Part shown: positions 9,362 through 17,240 of the stretch, one piece after another
Position numbering within the stretch: the first letter of the stretch is position 1
How the letters are laid out: the number at the start of each line of letters is the position of its first letter
From: Archaeoglobus sp. JdFR-37
GTDB taxonomy: Archaea > Halobacteriota > Archaeoglobi > Archaeoglobales > Archaeoglobaceae
Assembly: GCA_002010215.1 (NCBI GenBank)
Contig: MTMY01000038.1
Span: 1-40,955, forward strand
Reading direction: 5' to 3'
DNA length: 40,955 bases
Program-made: the position numbers and the translations under genes
The notes under the pieces: model-generated
What the model was told of the DNA's origin: nothing
What the model saw: the letters and a program-made list of their open reading frames with translations, nothing else
Databases searched by the model: none

Positions 9362-9379
9362 AATGAAACTCAGGGACGG
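9362..9379 (+). repeat. 18-nt direct repeat, copy 2 (ORB-like)
   Basis: AATGAAACTCAGGGACGG, identical to 6357-6374. Confidence 0.8.
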
Positions 9380-9542
9380 GTGAGTTGGGGAAAAAAGAGA
9401 AGGCAAAGATTAAAAAATAGCAATCCTGCTTTTTCTGTCAGAATATCGTTGAATCACAATCTGGAAAATTTCATGATACAGCAACTAACCCATTTCCACA
9501 TAAAATCGGAAAGCTTTTACTCTGCGAAATGAATCAGAATGT

Positions 9543-9740
9543 ATGGAACTCGGTTCAGTTGTCCTCATTCCATACAGCCAGTACGTAGCCGTGTGGTTTC
9601 TGTTCTTCGGAGTCCTGTCTTTCATTTACGGTCTGTACGCTATGAAAATAAGGAAAGAGAGGCCGAGAGAGGGAGATCTTGCCATAGCCGGAATAGCATG
9701 GGGTTTGGTGATGATCGCTGCTGGCATGCTGTTTTTCTAA
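9543..9740 (+). CDS. Hypothetical 65-aa two-TM membrane protein
   Basis: Two hydrophobic helices separated by a charged loop (KIRKERPRE); upstream TTTTAC TATA-like box; downstream T-rich tract. Confidence 0.65.
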   Translation: MELGSVVLIPYSQYVAVWFLFFGVLSFIYGLYAMKIRKERPREGDLAIAGIAWGLVMIAAGMLFF

Positions 9741-9785
9741 TTCTTCTTCTAATCTTTCTAATCTTTTTAGTTTTTCAATGGTTTT
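9741..9785 (+). terminator. T-rich putative terminator between convergent genes
   Basis: Several T-runs, including TTCTAATCT x2, directly after the stop codon. Confidence 0.4.
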
Positions 9786-9798
9786 AAACTCGGCTAAA

Positions 9799-10857
9799 TC
9801 AGCCAATTATAATCTTCTCAATATCTTCAAGAATAGCATCTGTTTTAAAAGATGTGCCGCTGAATCTTGTGCGTGAAGCGGCATAACCAAGTTCTCTGAG
9901 CTCTCTAATAACCTTCTCAATTGGTGGTGGTGCAGCTCGAAGTCTTCTGCAAATATTATGGAGGTCGTAATGGAATGGAATGTTCAGTTCTTCGTAAATC
10001 CGGCTGAAAATATCTTTCAGTTTTCCTTCACTTCTCTCAACAAGCTTTTCAACAAAATCCTTTCTTTCAAGCTCTCCTAACCATAAAGGGCCAAGCATAA
10101 CAGCTTTCTCTCCACACGAGCACAGAGTTTCAGGGGTCTCGTACATGCTGTTCCACCATATTCTCCCGCATCCACATTGCATGATGTAACCTATCTTTCC
10201 ATAGACCTTGCCAGCCTCTTTTGAGGAGAATATTACGCGCAGGTGGATTCTGTAGTAGTGCTCCTTTGCCCAGCTTACAACTGGCTGCACAGCCTTGTCG
10301 TACTTTGTCGCCTCCCTTGCAACTTTTCCGAGAAGCATTCTAATTCCAACTTCGTGCATAAAGGGTGTTTTGATGGCATAAGCGGAGTACTTTCTCAGGC
10401 CTGACACAGTGGCACTTCCGCAGAGGGCCGCGATGTCAGTGGCGGTAACGCTGAGAAACCTCCTTGCTGAATAGCATGCAGCATCCACAAACTGTGCTGG
10501 ACTGCCGAAGGGATCTATGTCAATGTGGAAAAAACTTCTGTCCCTCATGAGAGAGACTGCATCCCTGTTGAAAACTTCTGCCTCAATCCCATTAAGCTGA
10601 AGATTTTGCTTTATCATCTCAACAGCCTTTCTGTCAACATCGTTGAAAAAGGGTGTGAACTCTGCCTCCAAGCAAGCCCTTATTCCCCTGATACCTGTAG
10701 CAGCAAGAGCATCCAGATAGCTGTGCCTATTAACTCCACTCTTCCTGAGTTCCGAGAAAACGATCATGTCTATGTCTCTGCACAGCCTCATCCTTGGGTT
10801 GTAGAAAACCCCATCAACAGCAATCCTCGCTCTCCCTTCTGAAATGAGCTCGGTCAA
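9799..10857 (-). CDS. trm1: tRNA (guanine26-N2)-dimethyltransferase
   Basis: VFYNPRM, DALAATGIRGIR, DIDPFGSP, VTATD, GPLWLG, Cys pairs. TTG start. Confidence 0.95.
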   Translation of the reverse strand: MTELISEGRARIAVDGVFYNPRMRLCRDIDMIVFSELRKSGVNRHSYLDALAATGIRGIRACLEAEFTPFFNDVDRKAVEMIKQNLQLNGIEAEVFNRDAVSLMRDRSFFHIDIDPFGSPAQFVDAACYSARRFLSVTATDIAALCGSATVSGLRKYSAYAIKTPFMHEVGIRMLLGKVAREATKYDKAVQPVVSWAKEHYYRIHLRVIFSSKEAGKVYGKIGYIMQCGCGRIWWNSMYETPETLCSCGEKAVMLGPLWLGELERKDFVEKLVERSEGKLKDIFSRIYEELNIPFHYDLHNICRRLRAAPPPIEKVIRELRELGYAASRTRFSGTSFKTDAILEDIEKIIIG

Positions 10858-11369
10858 GGGAGAACCCCCTCAATCTTTCTAATAATCTCATCAGCCAGCC
10901 TGTTCCTGTTCTCCAGAGTGATCTCGTAAACTTCGAACTCCCGTCGTATCCTCTCCAGAAGGGGATGCCTGCTTTTATAGTGGATGGTGAAAAAGAGGTT
11001 GCTTTGAGATGTAATTAGTTCCTCCACCTTTCTCACAAAAACTCTGCTTTTAAGCTCCATTGGTCCAACTTCATCAATTATGATCAGGTCACCGTGGAGT
11101 TCGTTGAAGTTTCGAGAGATGTAGCCTTCAAATTCATCCAGCATCACAACATAACTCCCTACCATAACTTTGCCTGATCCTTTTCTAGCTAACCAGAAGC
11201 TCTCGCCGCTACGCAGATCAACGACTTTAAAACCAATTCTCCTGCCACCCTCCCTTACCTCTCTGGTGATGAATCCACCAATTTTTATTTTGTTGGAGAG
11301 TTCCTCGAAAACCCTGAGGCAGAGGGTGGTTTTACCCACTCCTGGTCTGCCTGTCACCGCTACCTTCAT
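10854..11369 (-). CDS. Nucleoside triphosphatase (THEP1/NTPase_1 family)
   Basis: MKVAVTGRPGVGKTT Walker A, GGFITREVREGGRRIGF, IIDEVGPMEL. Start placed at ATG 11369. Confidence 0.92.
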   Translation of the reverse strand: MKVAVTGRPGVGKTTLCLRVFEELSNKIKIGGFITREVREGGRRIGFKVVDLRSGESFWLARKGSGKVMVGSYVVMLDEFEGYISRNFNELHGDLIIIDEVGPMELKSRVFVRKVEELITSQSNLFFTIHYKSRHPLLERIRREFEVYEITLENRNRLADEIIRKIEGVLP

Positions 11370-12855
11370 GCTTGTGCCCCTCACATTCTTCACGTTTTCC
11401 ATGTTCCTTACGTTCCCCGTATTCCTCATATTCTCCATACACACCAAATCCTAACGGCTCGTCTTGGATATAGTTTTTATTGAGCTTCGCTGCAATTTCC
11501 GCCTTCATCAGCTCCCTCCCCAAATAAGCAGCATGCTCAAGGCGGGAAACCAGCCCTTTCGCTATAACAGTGTCGTAGATGGCCTTCGCCGTCCTGCCCC
11601 TCACACAGAGCTTTTCGTGGCTGCAGATGATCTCCCCATCCCTCACCCAAATCCTGAAATCCCCCATTGAGTCTCTCACGAATCTTTTAGACTCCTCACC
11701 TTCCTGGCAGCCCTCAAACTCATCGCACACTTCAAATCTGACCTTTTCCTTAACCACCAGCAGATTCATGCCCAAGTCTTTTGGCGGAGTCTTTCGGAGT
11801 TTTGCTGCCTTTGCCATGTAGGAAGCAATCCTGAGCTCTTTAACACTCCCGTACGTCTTAGGACTTGCCTCAGTTGTGAAAAGCAAGCTTGCTCCAAGCT
11901 CTTCAGCCATGAAGGCAAGCAGTGCATTCATTCCGATGCTATCAGCATCGCTCAGCTCGGTAACATTCCCAACCCCGAAAAGCACCGGTTTATCACTTCT
12001 TCTAGCAAGCTCTGCGTATCTGAGGATGGAGTGAGTGGTGCCGGGGAAAGCATCAAGTACGGCATCGAGTATTATCCTGTCCGTATACCTCTCAGCCTTC
12101 TCGGCAATTCTGAGGAGTTCATCAACATTGCGGGAGACTATCACAACAGCTCTTCCTTTAATTACATCAAGGGCCTCCAAGTTCTCAGCAGATATACTCA
12201 TAACCATGTCTGCTCCTGCCTCGATACCTGCCCTGATTGCCTTTTTACTAAAGGTATCAATGCTGACAGCATCATGCATGTCAGCGGCTATTTTCACAGC
12301 CCTTCTTACCTCAGAAACGTCAAATTCCATGGGTATGCCCATGTCTATTATGTCTGCGCCACTTTCAAGGTAGTGGGAAATTTTGTGGCGAAGCTCATCT
12401 TCGCTGAGCCTTGTTGCATCAACCACCTCTGCTACGATCTTCATCCTGCTGCCTCCGCCAACCTTCACACTGCCAATCCTGAAATCGTAACTGTCTATGC
12501 TGTCAACAAGTTTCATCGTCTCCCTGAGCTTCTGCTGGGCTATGAGTCTGTCAGCTGGCACATCGTGGCGTAGCTCGATGGAGTTGAGATGACGGAGAAC
12601 AGTAGGGATATCATAGGCATGTGTCGGGCCAAGCCTGATTTTAACCCCTTTCTCTTCTTCCAGCTCCTTCCAGCGGGCCCCTCTTGTGAGGCCGGGAACC
12701 ATGACAAAATCATACTTATTTAGGCTGAGGTGGCGAATATGAGAAGGAGTTATAAAGGCAGCAACATCAACATCTGCCACGTAAACATCAGCATCTCCGG
12801 CTTGCATTCTTACCTGCTCTTCGGCAAGCCTGCCGGTGACGAGAAGAACATTCAT
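11332..12855 (-). CDS. Dihydropteroate synthase-related pterin-binding protein
   Basis: N-terminal LLVTGRLA/VAAFITP, GADIIDMG, SIDT, GVGNVTELSDADSIG, C-terminal HAAYLGRELMKAE...YIQD. Confidence 0.85.
   Translation of the reverse strand: MNVLLVTGRLAEEQVRMQAGDADVYVADVDVAAFITPSHIRHLSLNKYDFVMVPGLTRGARWKELEEEKGVKIRLGPTHAYDIPTVLRHLNSIELRHDVPADRLIAQQKLRETMKLVDSIDSYDFRIGSVKVGGGSRMKIVAEVVDATRLSEDELRHKISHYLESGADIIDMGIPMEFDVSEVRRAVKIAADMHDAVSIDTFSKKAIRAGIEAGADMVMSISAENLEALDVIKGRAVVIVSRNVDELLRIAEKAERYTDRIILDAVLDAFPGTTHSILRYAELARRSDKPVLFGVGNVTELSDADSIGMNALLAFMAEELGASLLFTTEASPKTYGSVKELRIASYMAKAAKLRKTPPKDLGMNLLVVKEKVRFEVCDEFEGCQEGEESKRFVRDSMGDFRIWVRDGEIICSHEKLCVRGRTAKAIYDTVIAKGLVSRLEHAAYLGRELMKAEIAAKLNKNYIQDEPLGFGVYGEYEEYGERKEHGKREECEGHKHEGSGDRQTRSG
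11376..11438 (-). repeat. Degenerate 9-nt tandem array (7 units)
   Basis: atggagaat atgaggaat acggggaac gtaaggaac atggaaaac gtgaagaat gtgaggggc (minus strand). Confidence 0.7.
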
Positions 12856-12876
12856 GAGTTAAGGAGGGTTGCAAAG

Positions 12877-13509
12877 GTGAAAAGGGTTGCGGAGCTTCAT
12901 GTGCATACCAGGCACAGCGATGGGAGAAGCAGCGTGAGGGAAGTACTTCAAGTGTGCTTGGAGAAAGGCATTCAGATTGTGTCCATTACTGATCACGATA
13001 CAATTAACGGCTCTATGGAGGCAATTGAGATAGTCAGGGAGGAGCATATGGATATTGAGGTTCTGCCGGGCATGGAAGTTACAACTTCCAGCGGTCACCT
13101 GCTGGTATACGGTGTTGAAGAAGATGTGGAGAAGGGCATGTCGATTAAGGAGACAGCTGAAAGGGTTAGAGAGCTTGGCGGTGTGACAGCGCTGGCGCAT
13201 CCCTATCAGATTGAGAGGAGAGGTGTTGCAATTCCATCAAGGCACATGCCATATGTGGATGCAGTTGAGGTCTTCAATGCTAAGTATGTAATAGGAATAT
13301 GCAACGCAATGGCCAGAAAACTGGCTGTGAGGTTTAACAAGAGCATGATTGCTGGCAGCGATGCCCATGTAGCTGAGCATGTGGGATACGGTTTAACGAT
13401 CATCAAAGGGCAGGTAATGGAGTCGATAAGAGACGGAAGAACTGAGATAAAGGGTAAGAAAATTCCAGTTTCTTCCCAGCTTCTTTATGCTCTTGGCATT
13501 AAAAGATAA
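12877..13509 (+). CDS. PHP-domain phosphoesterase
   Basis: ELHVHTRHSDG, ITDHD, GHLL, LAHP, AGSDAH. GTG 12877 follows AGGAGG. Confidence 0.9.
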   Translation: MKRVAELHVHTRHSDGRSSVREVLQVCLEKGIQIVSITDHDTINGSMEAIEIVREEHMDIEVLPGMEVTTSSGHLLVYGVEEDVEKGMSIKETAERVRELGGVTALAHPYQIERRGVAIPSRHMPYVDAVEVFNAKYVIGICNAMARKLAVRFNKSMIAGSDAHVAEHVGYGLTIIKGQVMESIRDGRTEIKGKKIPVSSQLLYALGIKR

Positions 13510-13542
13510 ATCGGTAAAAAAGTGGAGCCCTCATACAAAAAA

Positions 13543-14706
13543 CTAAAAGGATAGTCCTTCCATTCTTTTAAGGGCCTCCTCAATCACTTCAACATCTCTT
13601 GTCAAAGCAAACCTCACAAATCCTTCGCCATGCTGACCGAAGCCGACTCCAGGCGTTACAAGGACTCCAGCATCATCCAGAAGCTTTCTGGCGAAGGATA
13701 TGCTGTCATAGCCATCAGGAACTCTGCACCACACGTAAAATGTTGCTTTTGGATAGTCAACATCTAAGCCAATGTTTTTGAGCCCCTTCACAAGAATATC
13801 TCGCCTAATTCTGTAGATGGAGTTGGTTTTGTCTATCACATCATCGCTCCCCCTCAGAGCAGCAATCCCTGCTTCCTGCACAGCCTGGAAAACTCCGCTA
13901 TCCACGTTCGTCTTGACCTTCAGCAACCCCGCCAAAATCTCTGGATTGCCAACAGCAAATCCAATCCTCCATCCAGTCATGTTGTAGGTTTTAGAGAGGG
14001 AATTGAACTCTATTGTTACCTCAAAAGCTCCATCAACTTCTAAAAAGCTCAAAGGCCGGTAATCAAAGGCGATTTCGCTGTAAGCAGCGTCATGAGCCAG
14101 TATAATGTTGTAATCCATGCAGAAGTCTATTGCTTCCTTTATGAATTCCTTCTCAGCCACCGCTGTGGTGGGGTTGTTGGGATAGTTCAGGAACATTATT
14201 TTGGCTTTTCTGGCAACATCAGACGAGATTGAGGAAAGATCAGGCAGAAAGCTATTTTCGGCCTTCAACGCCACCTCATATGGTTTTCCACCGGCCAGGA
14301 TTGTTGATGAAGCGTAAACTGGATAACCGGGGTCTGGCACAAGCACATAATCCCCATCATTCACGAAGGCAAAGGGCAGGTGTGCAATACCCTCTTTGGA
14401 GCCTATAAGAGCTATCACTTCCTTCTCTGCATTCAGCTCAACACCTTTCCTTCGAGCATAAAAATCGGCCACAGCCCTCCTGAACTCCAGCATACCTTCG
14501 TAGCTGGGGTATTTCTGGTTCTCCTCCTTCTCAACTGCTTTTTTCATGGCATCGACTATATGTTTTGGCGTAGGCAAATCAGGATCCCCAACTCCGAAGT
14601 CAATAACCCTGACACCTTCTTCCAGCTTCTTTCTCTTCATCTCATCCAGCTCAGCAAAGAGGTATGGTGGAAGCTGCCTCAATCTACTCGAAAGCTCAGG
14701 ACTCAT
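13543..14706 (-). CDS. dapL: LL-diaminopimelate aminotransferase (class I/II PLP aminotransferase)
   Basis: LPPYLFA, GVGDPD, GSKEG, NYPNNPT, DAAY, SLSKTYNMTGWRIG. ATG 14706 follows GAGGTGA. Confidence 0.85.
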   Translation of the reverse strand: MSPELSSRLRQLPPYLFAELDEMKRKKLEEGVRVIDFGVGDPDLPTPKHIVDAMKKAVEKEENQKYPSYEGMLEFRRAVADFYARRKGVELNAEKEVIALIGSKEGIAHLPFAFVNDGDYVLVPDPGYPVYASSTILAGGKPYEVALKAENSFLPDLSSISSDVARKAKIMFLNYPNNPTTAVAEKEFIKEAIDFCMDYNIILAHDAAYSEIAFDYRPLSFLEVDGAFEVTIEFNSLSKTYNMTGWRIGFAVGNPEILAGLLKVKTNVDSGVFQAVQEAGIAALRGSDDVIDKTNSIYRIRRDILVKGLKNIGLDVDYPKATFYVWCRVPDGYDSISFARKLLDDAGVLVTPGVGFGQHGEGFVRFALTRDVEVIEEALKRMEGLSF

Positions 14707-14858
14707 TGTTTTCACCTCTTGTGCCTTTGGCTGGACTGAAATTTGATAAGTTTTTCTGAAAGGTATTGTGATCATTGTGGTTATTTTTGTTTGGGACAGG
14801 TTTTGCTGAATTTTCTTGAGATGCTTTTACAAAAACTGGATGCTATGTTTTATCCAAA

Positions 14859-14877
14859 AAAAGCCATTTTGGCTTTT
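14859..14877. other. Inverted repeat downstream of tRNA-Pro (terminator or operator)
   Basis: AAAAGCCA-TTT-TGGCTTTT. Confidence 0.4.
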
Positions 14878-14921
14878 GTACATCAATCAATCTCTACAAT
14901 CCCCTCAATCAAAATAGAGAG

Positions 14922-14995
14922 TGGGGCCGCCGAGATTTGAACTCGGGTCACCGGCTCCCAAAGCCGGAAGGATAACCAGGCTACCCTACGGCCCC
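14922..14995 (-). tRNA. tRNA-Pro (UGG)
   Basis: GGGGCCG acceptor stem, anticodon arm CCGGC-TTTGGGA-GCCGG, T arm CCGAG-TTCAAAT-CTCGG, discriminator A. CCA not encoded; no intron. Confidence 0.97.
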
Positions 14996-15152
14996 AGTGG
15001 TTCTGAGTTGAGGACAACCCTTAGTTAAAAAATCTTATGTTCTTAGGGGAAGTTTGGACTGTTCAGATTGTTTGATAAACTGTTGACAATCTGTTGAACC
15101 CCTGCCAGTTCTGAACCCCTATATTTATCTATTCCCCTGTATAACCATCAAT

Positions 15153-16346
15153 ATGGAAACAAAAAACATCCACGATGCTATACATGGTACCATAACAGTT
15201 GAAGACTGGCAGCTCAGGATAATCGACACGCCTCAAATCCAGAGGCTTCGCCGTATAAAACAGCTCGGCTTCGCCAATCTCGTTTACCCCGGAGCAAATC
15301 ACACCCGCTTTGAGCACAGTATTGGAGTCATGTACATTGCCTCCAAACTTGCAGAAAGGCTGGAATGTGATGAAGATGAACGCATGGAGATTGTTGCTGC
15401 TGCTCTCCTCCATGATGTTGGCCATGCACCCTTCAGCCACTCCAGCGAATTGATACTCAGAAAGTACCTGAGGATGAAGCATGAAGAGTACCTCATCAAG
15501 AGGGGTGGGGAGCTAAAGGAGGTTTTGAAAGACCTTGGCCTTCGTGTGGGGAGAATAGCGGAGCACATAGCTGGAAAGAGGTATGGGGTGGTCAGCGGGG
15601 ACATAGATGCCGATAGAATGGACTATCTGGTTAGGGATTCCTACCACACTGGCGTGGCATACGGGATTTTTGATCTCGAGAGGTTGATTGCCAAAATAAA
15701 GTTTGAAGGGGACATGGTGATAGGGGCTGGTGGCATCAGGGCTGCCGAATCTCTCCTCATCTCCCGCTTCATGATGTATCCAACCGTTTACTTCCATCAT
15801 GTCTGCAGAATAGCTAGGAAGATGTACGAAAAAGCTGTGGAGATGGCAGTCATTGAGGGAAAGCTTGATGCCAGACAACTTTTAACCATGGACGATTACG
15901 ACATGGTTTCTTTCCTCAGAAATGCAGGAGGTTACCAGTCGGAGATAATGGGGATGATCGATAGCAGAAAGCTGTTCAAGAGGGCTCTGTACATAGGTCC
16001 TGATTCAATTGACTCAAAAGAACTGGAAAAGCTTTCTGCTGAAAAGGTTGAGCGTGAAATTGCGGAGGAGGCAGAGATTCCTGAAGAGTACGTTTTACTG
16101 GACATCCCTCCCCTTGAGGAGGCTAGGGAACTGAAGGCTTTGGTAGAGGTGGAAGGCGATAAAAAGAGGCTTGAAGATGTATCACCTCTTGTCAGGGCGC
16201 TGAAGGAGGCAGAGAGGACCACGTGGAGGCTGGGAGTTTACACAAAACCTGAATACATCGAGAGGGTTGAAAAAGCAGCCATAGACTTCCTCGGAATAGA
16301 GAGACTGCCTAAGCAGAAAAGACTTGATGAGTTGCCTATCTGGTAA
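15153..16346 (+). CDS. HD-domain phosphohydrolase (SAMHD1/dNTPase-like)
   Basis: QRLRRIKQLG, HTRFEHSIG, LLHDVGHAPFSH, DADRMDYL. Confidence 0.92.
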   Translation: METKNIHDAIHGTITVEDWQLRIIDTPQIQRLRRIKQLGFANLVYPGANHTRFEHSIGVMYIASKLAERLECDEDERMEIVAAALLHDVGHAPFSHSSELILRKYLRMKHEEYLIKRGGELKEVLKDLGLRVGRIAEHIAGKRYGVVSGDIDADRMDYLVRDSYHTGVAYGIFDLERLIAKIKFEGDMVIGAGGIRAAESLLISRFMMYPTVYFHHVCRIARKMYEKAVEMAVIEGKLDARQLLTMDDYDMVSFLRNAGGYQSEIMGMIDSRKLFKRALYIGPDSIDSKELEKLSAEKVEREIAEEAEIPEEYVLLDIPPLEEARELKALVEVEGDKKRLEDVSPLVRALKEAERTTWRLGVYTKPEYIERVEKAAIDFLGIERLPKQKRLDELPIW

Positions 16347-16391
16347 TCTTGCTTAACTTTTCAACCCGAAACATTTTTAATTTTGGTTAAA

Positions 16392-16405
16392 TTAAGCTTA
16401 CTTAA
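16392..16405. promoter_or_regulatory. Palindrome between TATA and start codon; putative autoregulatory operator
   Basis: TTAAG-CTTA-CTTAA, just downstream of CGAAACATTTTTAAT (BRE/TATA). Confidence 0.45.
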
Positions 16406-16415
16406 GTGATCTCAG

Positions 16416-16973
16416 GTGGCTACCGTTAGGGACAGAATTATGCTTTCACTGTTGTGGGGAGAAAAAGACTTCACAACCCTAAAGGATGAGCTTAAGGTCT
16501 CTTCTCCAACTCTCTCTACCCACCTCAAAGACATGCTAGAGAAAGAGTATCTGGAGTTCAAGATAGAGGGCAGAAGGAAACTGTATCGCTTGAAAGAGAA
16601 GGCATTTCAAAGTCCTTTTCTCTCTTCCTATTTCAGAGGGTTGAAGGCTGCTTCAGACGTGATAAGAGGCAGAATAGATGCTCTCACGGGTTTAAGGCAG
16701 GTTGCAGAGGACGAAGTTGCCCTAAAGGCATTCACATCCACAATTCTGAGATTCTACCAACCTCTGAATGGCAGCAGGGATGGGTACAGAGACCTCATTT
16801 CAGTGCTTGAGGAGGACATATCCGGAGTTGAGAGGCTTATTGGAGTTAGAGATTTGGATGAAATCAGAGAAGTTTTAAATTCAAGAATTCGTTTCCTGGA
16901 TTCTCTCTACTCATCTCTTGGTCCACCTCTCAGCGTTCTGTGGATGAGGTACAGAACGAGAATTGAGGAATAG
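16416..16973 (+). CDS. Winged-HTH (ArsR-like) transcriptional regulator
   Basis: FTTLKDELKVSSPTLSTHLKDM...EGRRKLYRL; unrecognised helical C-terminal domain. Confidence 0.8.
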   Translation: MATVRDRIMLSLLWGEKDFTTLKDELKVSSPTLSTHLKDMLEKEYLEFKIEGRRKLYRLKEKAFQSPFLSSYFRGLKAASDVIRGRIDALTGLRQVAEDEVALKAFTSTILRFYQPLNGSRDGYRDLISVLEEDISGVERLIGVRDLDEIREVLNSRIRFLDSLYSSLGPPLSVLWMRYRTRIEE

Positions 16974-17002
16974 CTAGATACTTGACGTGAGTTTTATCGA
17001 CT

Positions 17003-17098
17003 TCAGCTACCAGTCATAAACCGATCCCGCCACTCAATCCTTGCCACCATCTTTAAATCTTTAACAACTATTTCAGAAAGCTTTACTTCAAAACTCAT
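17003..17098 (-). pseudogene. RelE-like toxin relic with internal deletion
   Basis: MSFEVKLSEIVVKDLK (RelE-like N-terminus) joined directly to VARIEWRDR (RelE-like C-terminal strand); 31 codons; ATGA overlap with the upstream antitoxin-like ORF. Confidence 0.6.
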
Positions 17099-17190
17099 TC
17101 AAGACCTAACTTCTTCTTTGCCTCCTCAAGAGTATAAGCCTTCATCTTGCCAGTTTCCCTGAATGCCTCAATCCTTATAATGCCAGTCAA
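17095..17190 (-). pseudogene. RelB-like antitoxin C-terminal remnant
   Basis: (L)TGIIRIEAFRETGKMKAYTLEEAKKKLGLE*, with the TLEEAKKKLGL ending typical of archaeal RelB-type antitoxins. Confidence 0.6.
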
Positions 17191-17240
17191 CCCAACATAT
17201 TTGGGAATAATTTTTTATCTTATCAGGCTTTGCTTTGAAC

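Noticed and set aside
12730..12876. N-terminal extension of the PHP ORF
   Set aside because: It is antisense to the DHPS-like gene; PHP motifs begin right after GTG 12877.
14743..14940. 65-aa plus-strand ORF
   Set aside because: Overlaps the tRNA and the dapL promoter region; no motifs.
14922..14995. tRNA-Pro as an integration site
   Set aside because: No duplicated tRNA end and no integrase seen in the window.
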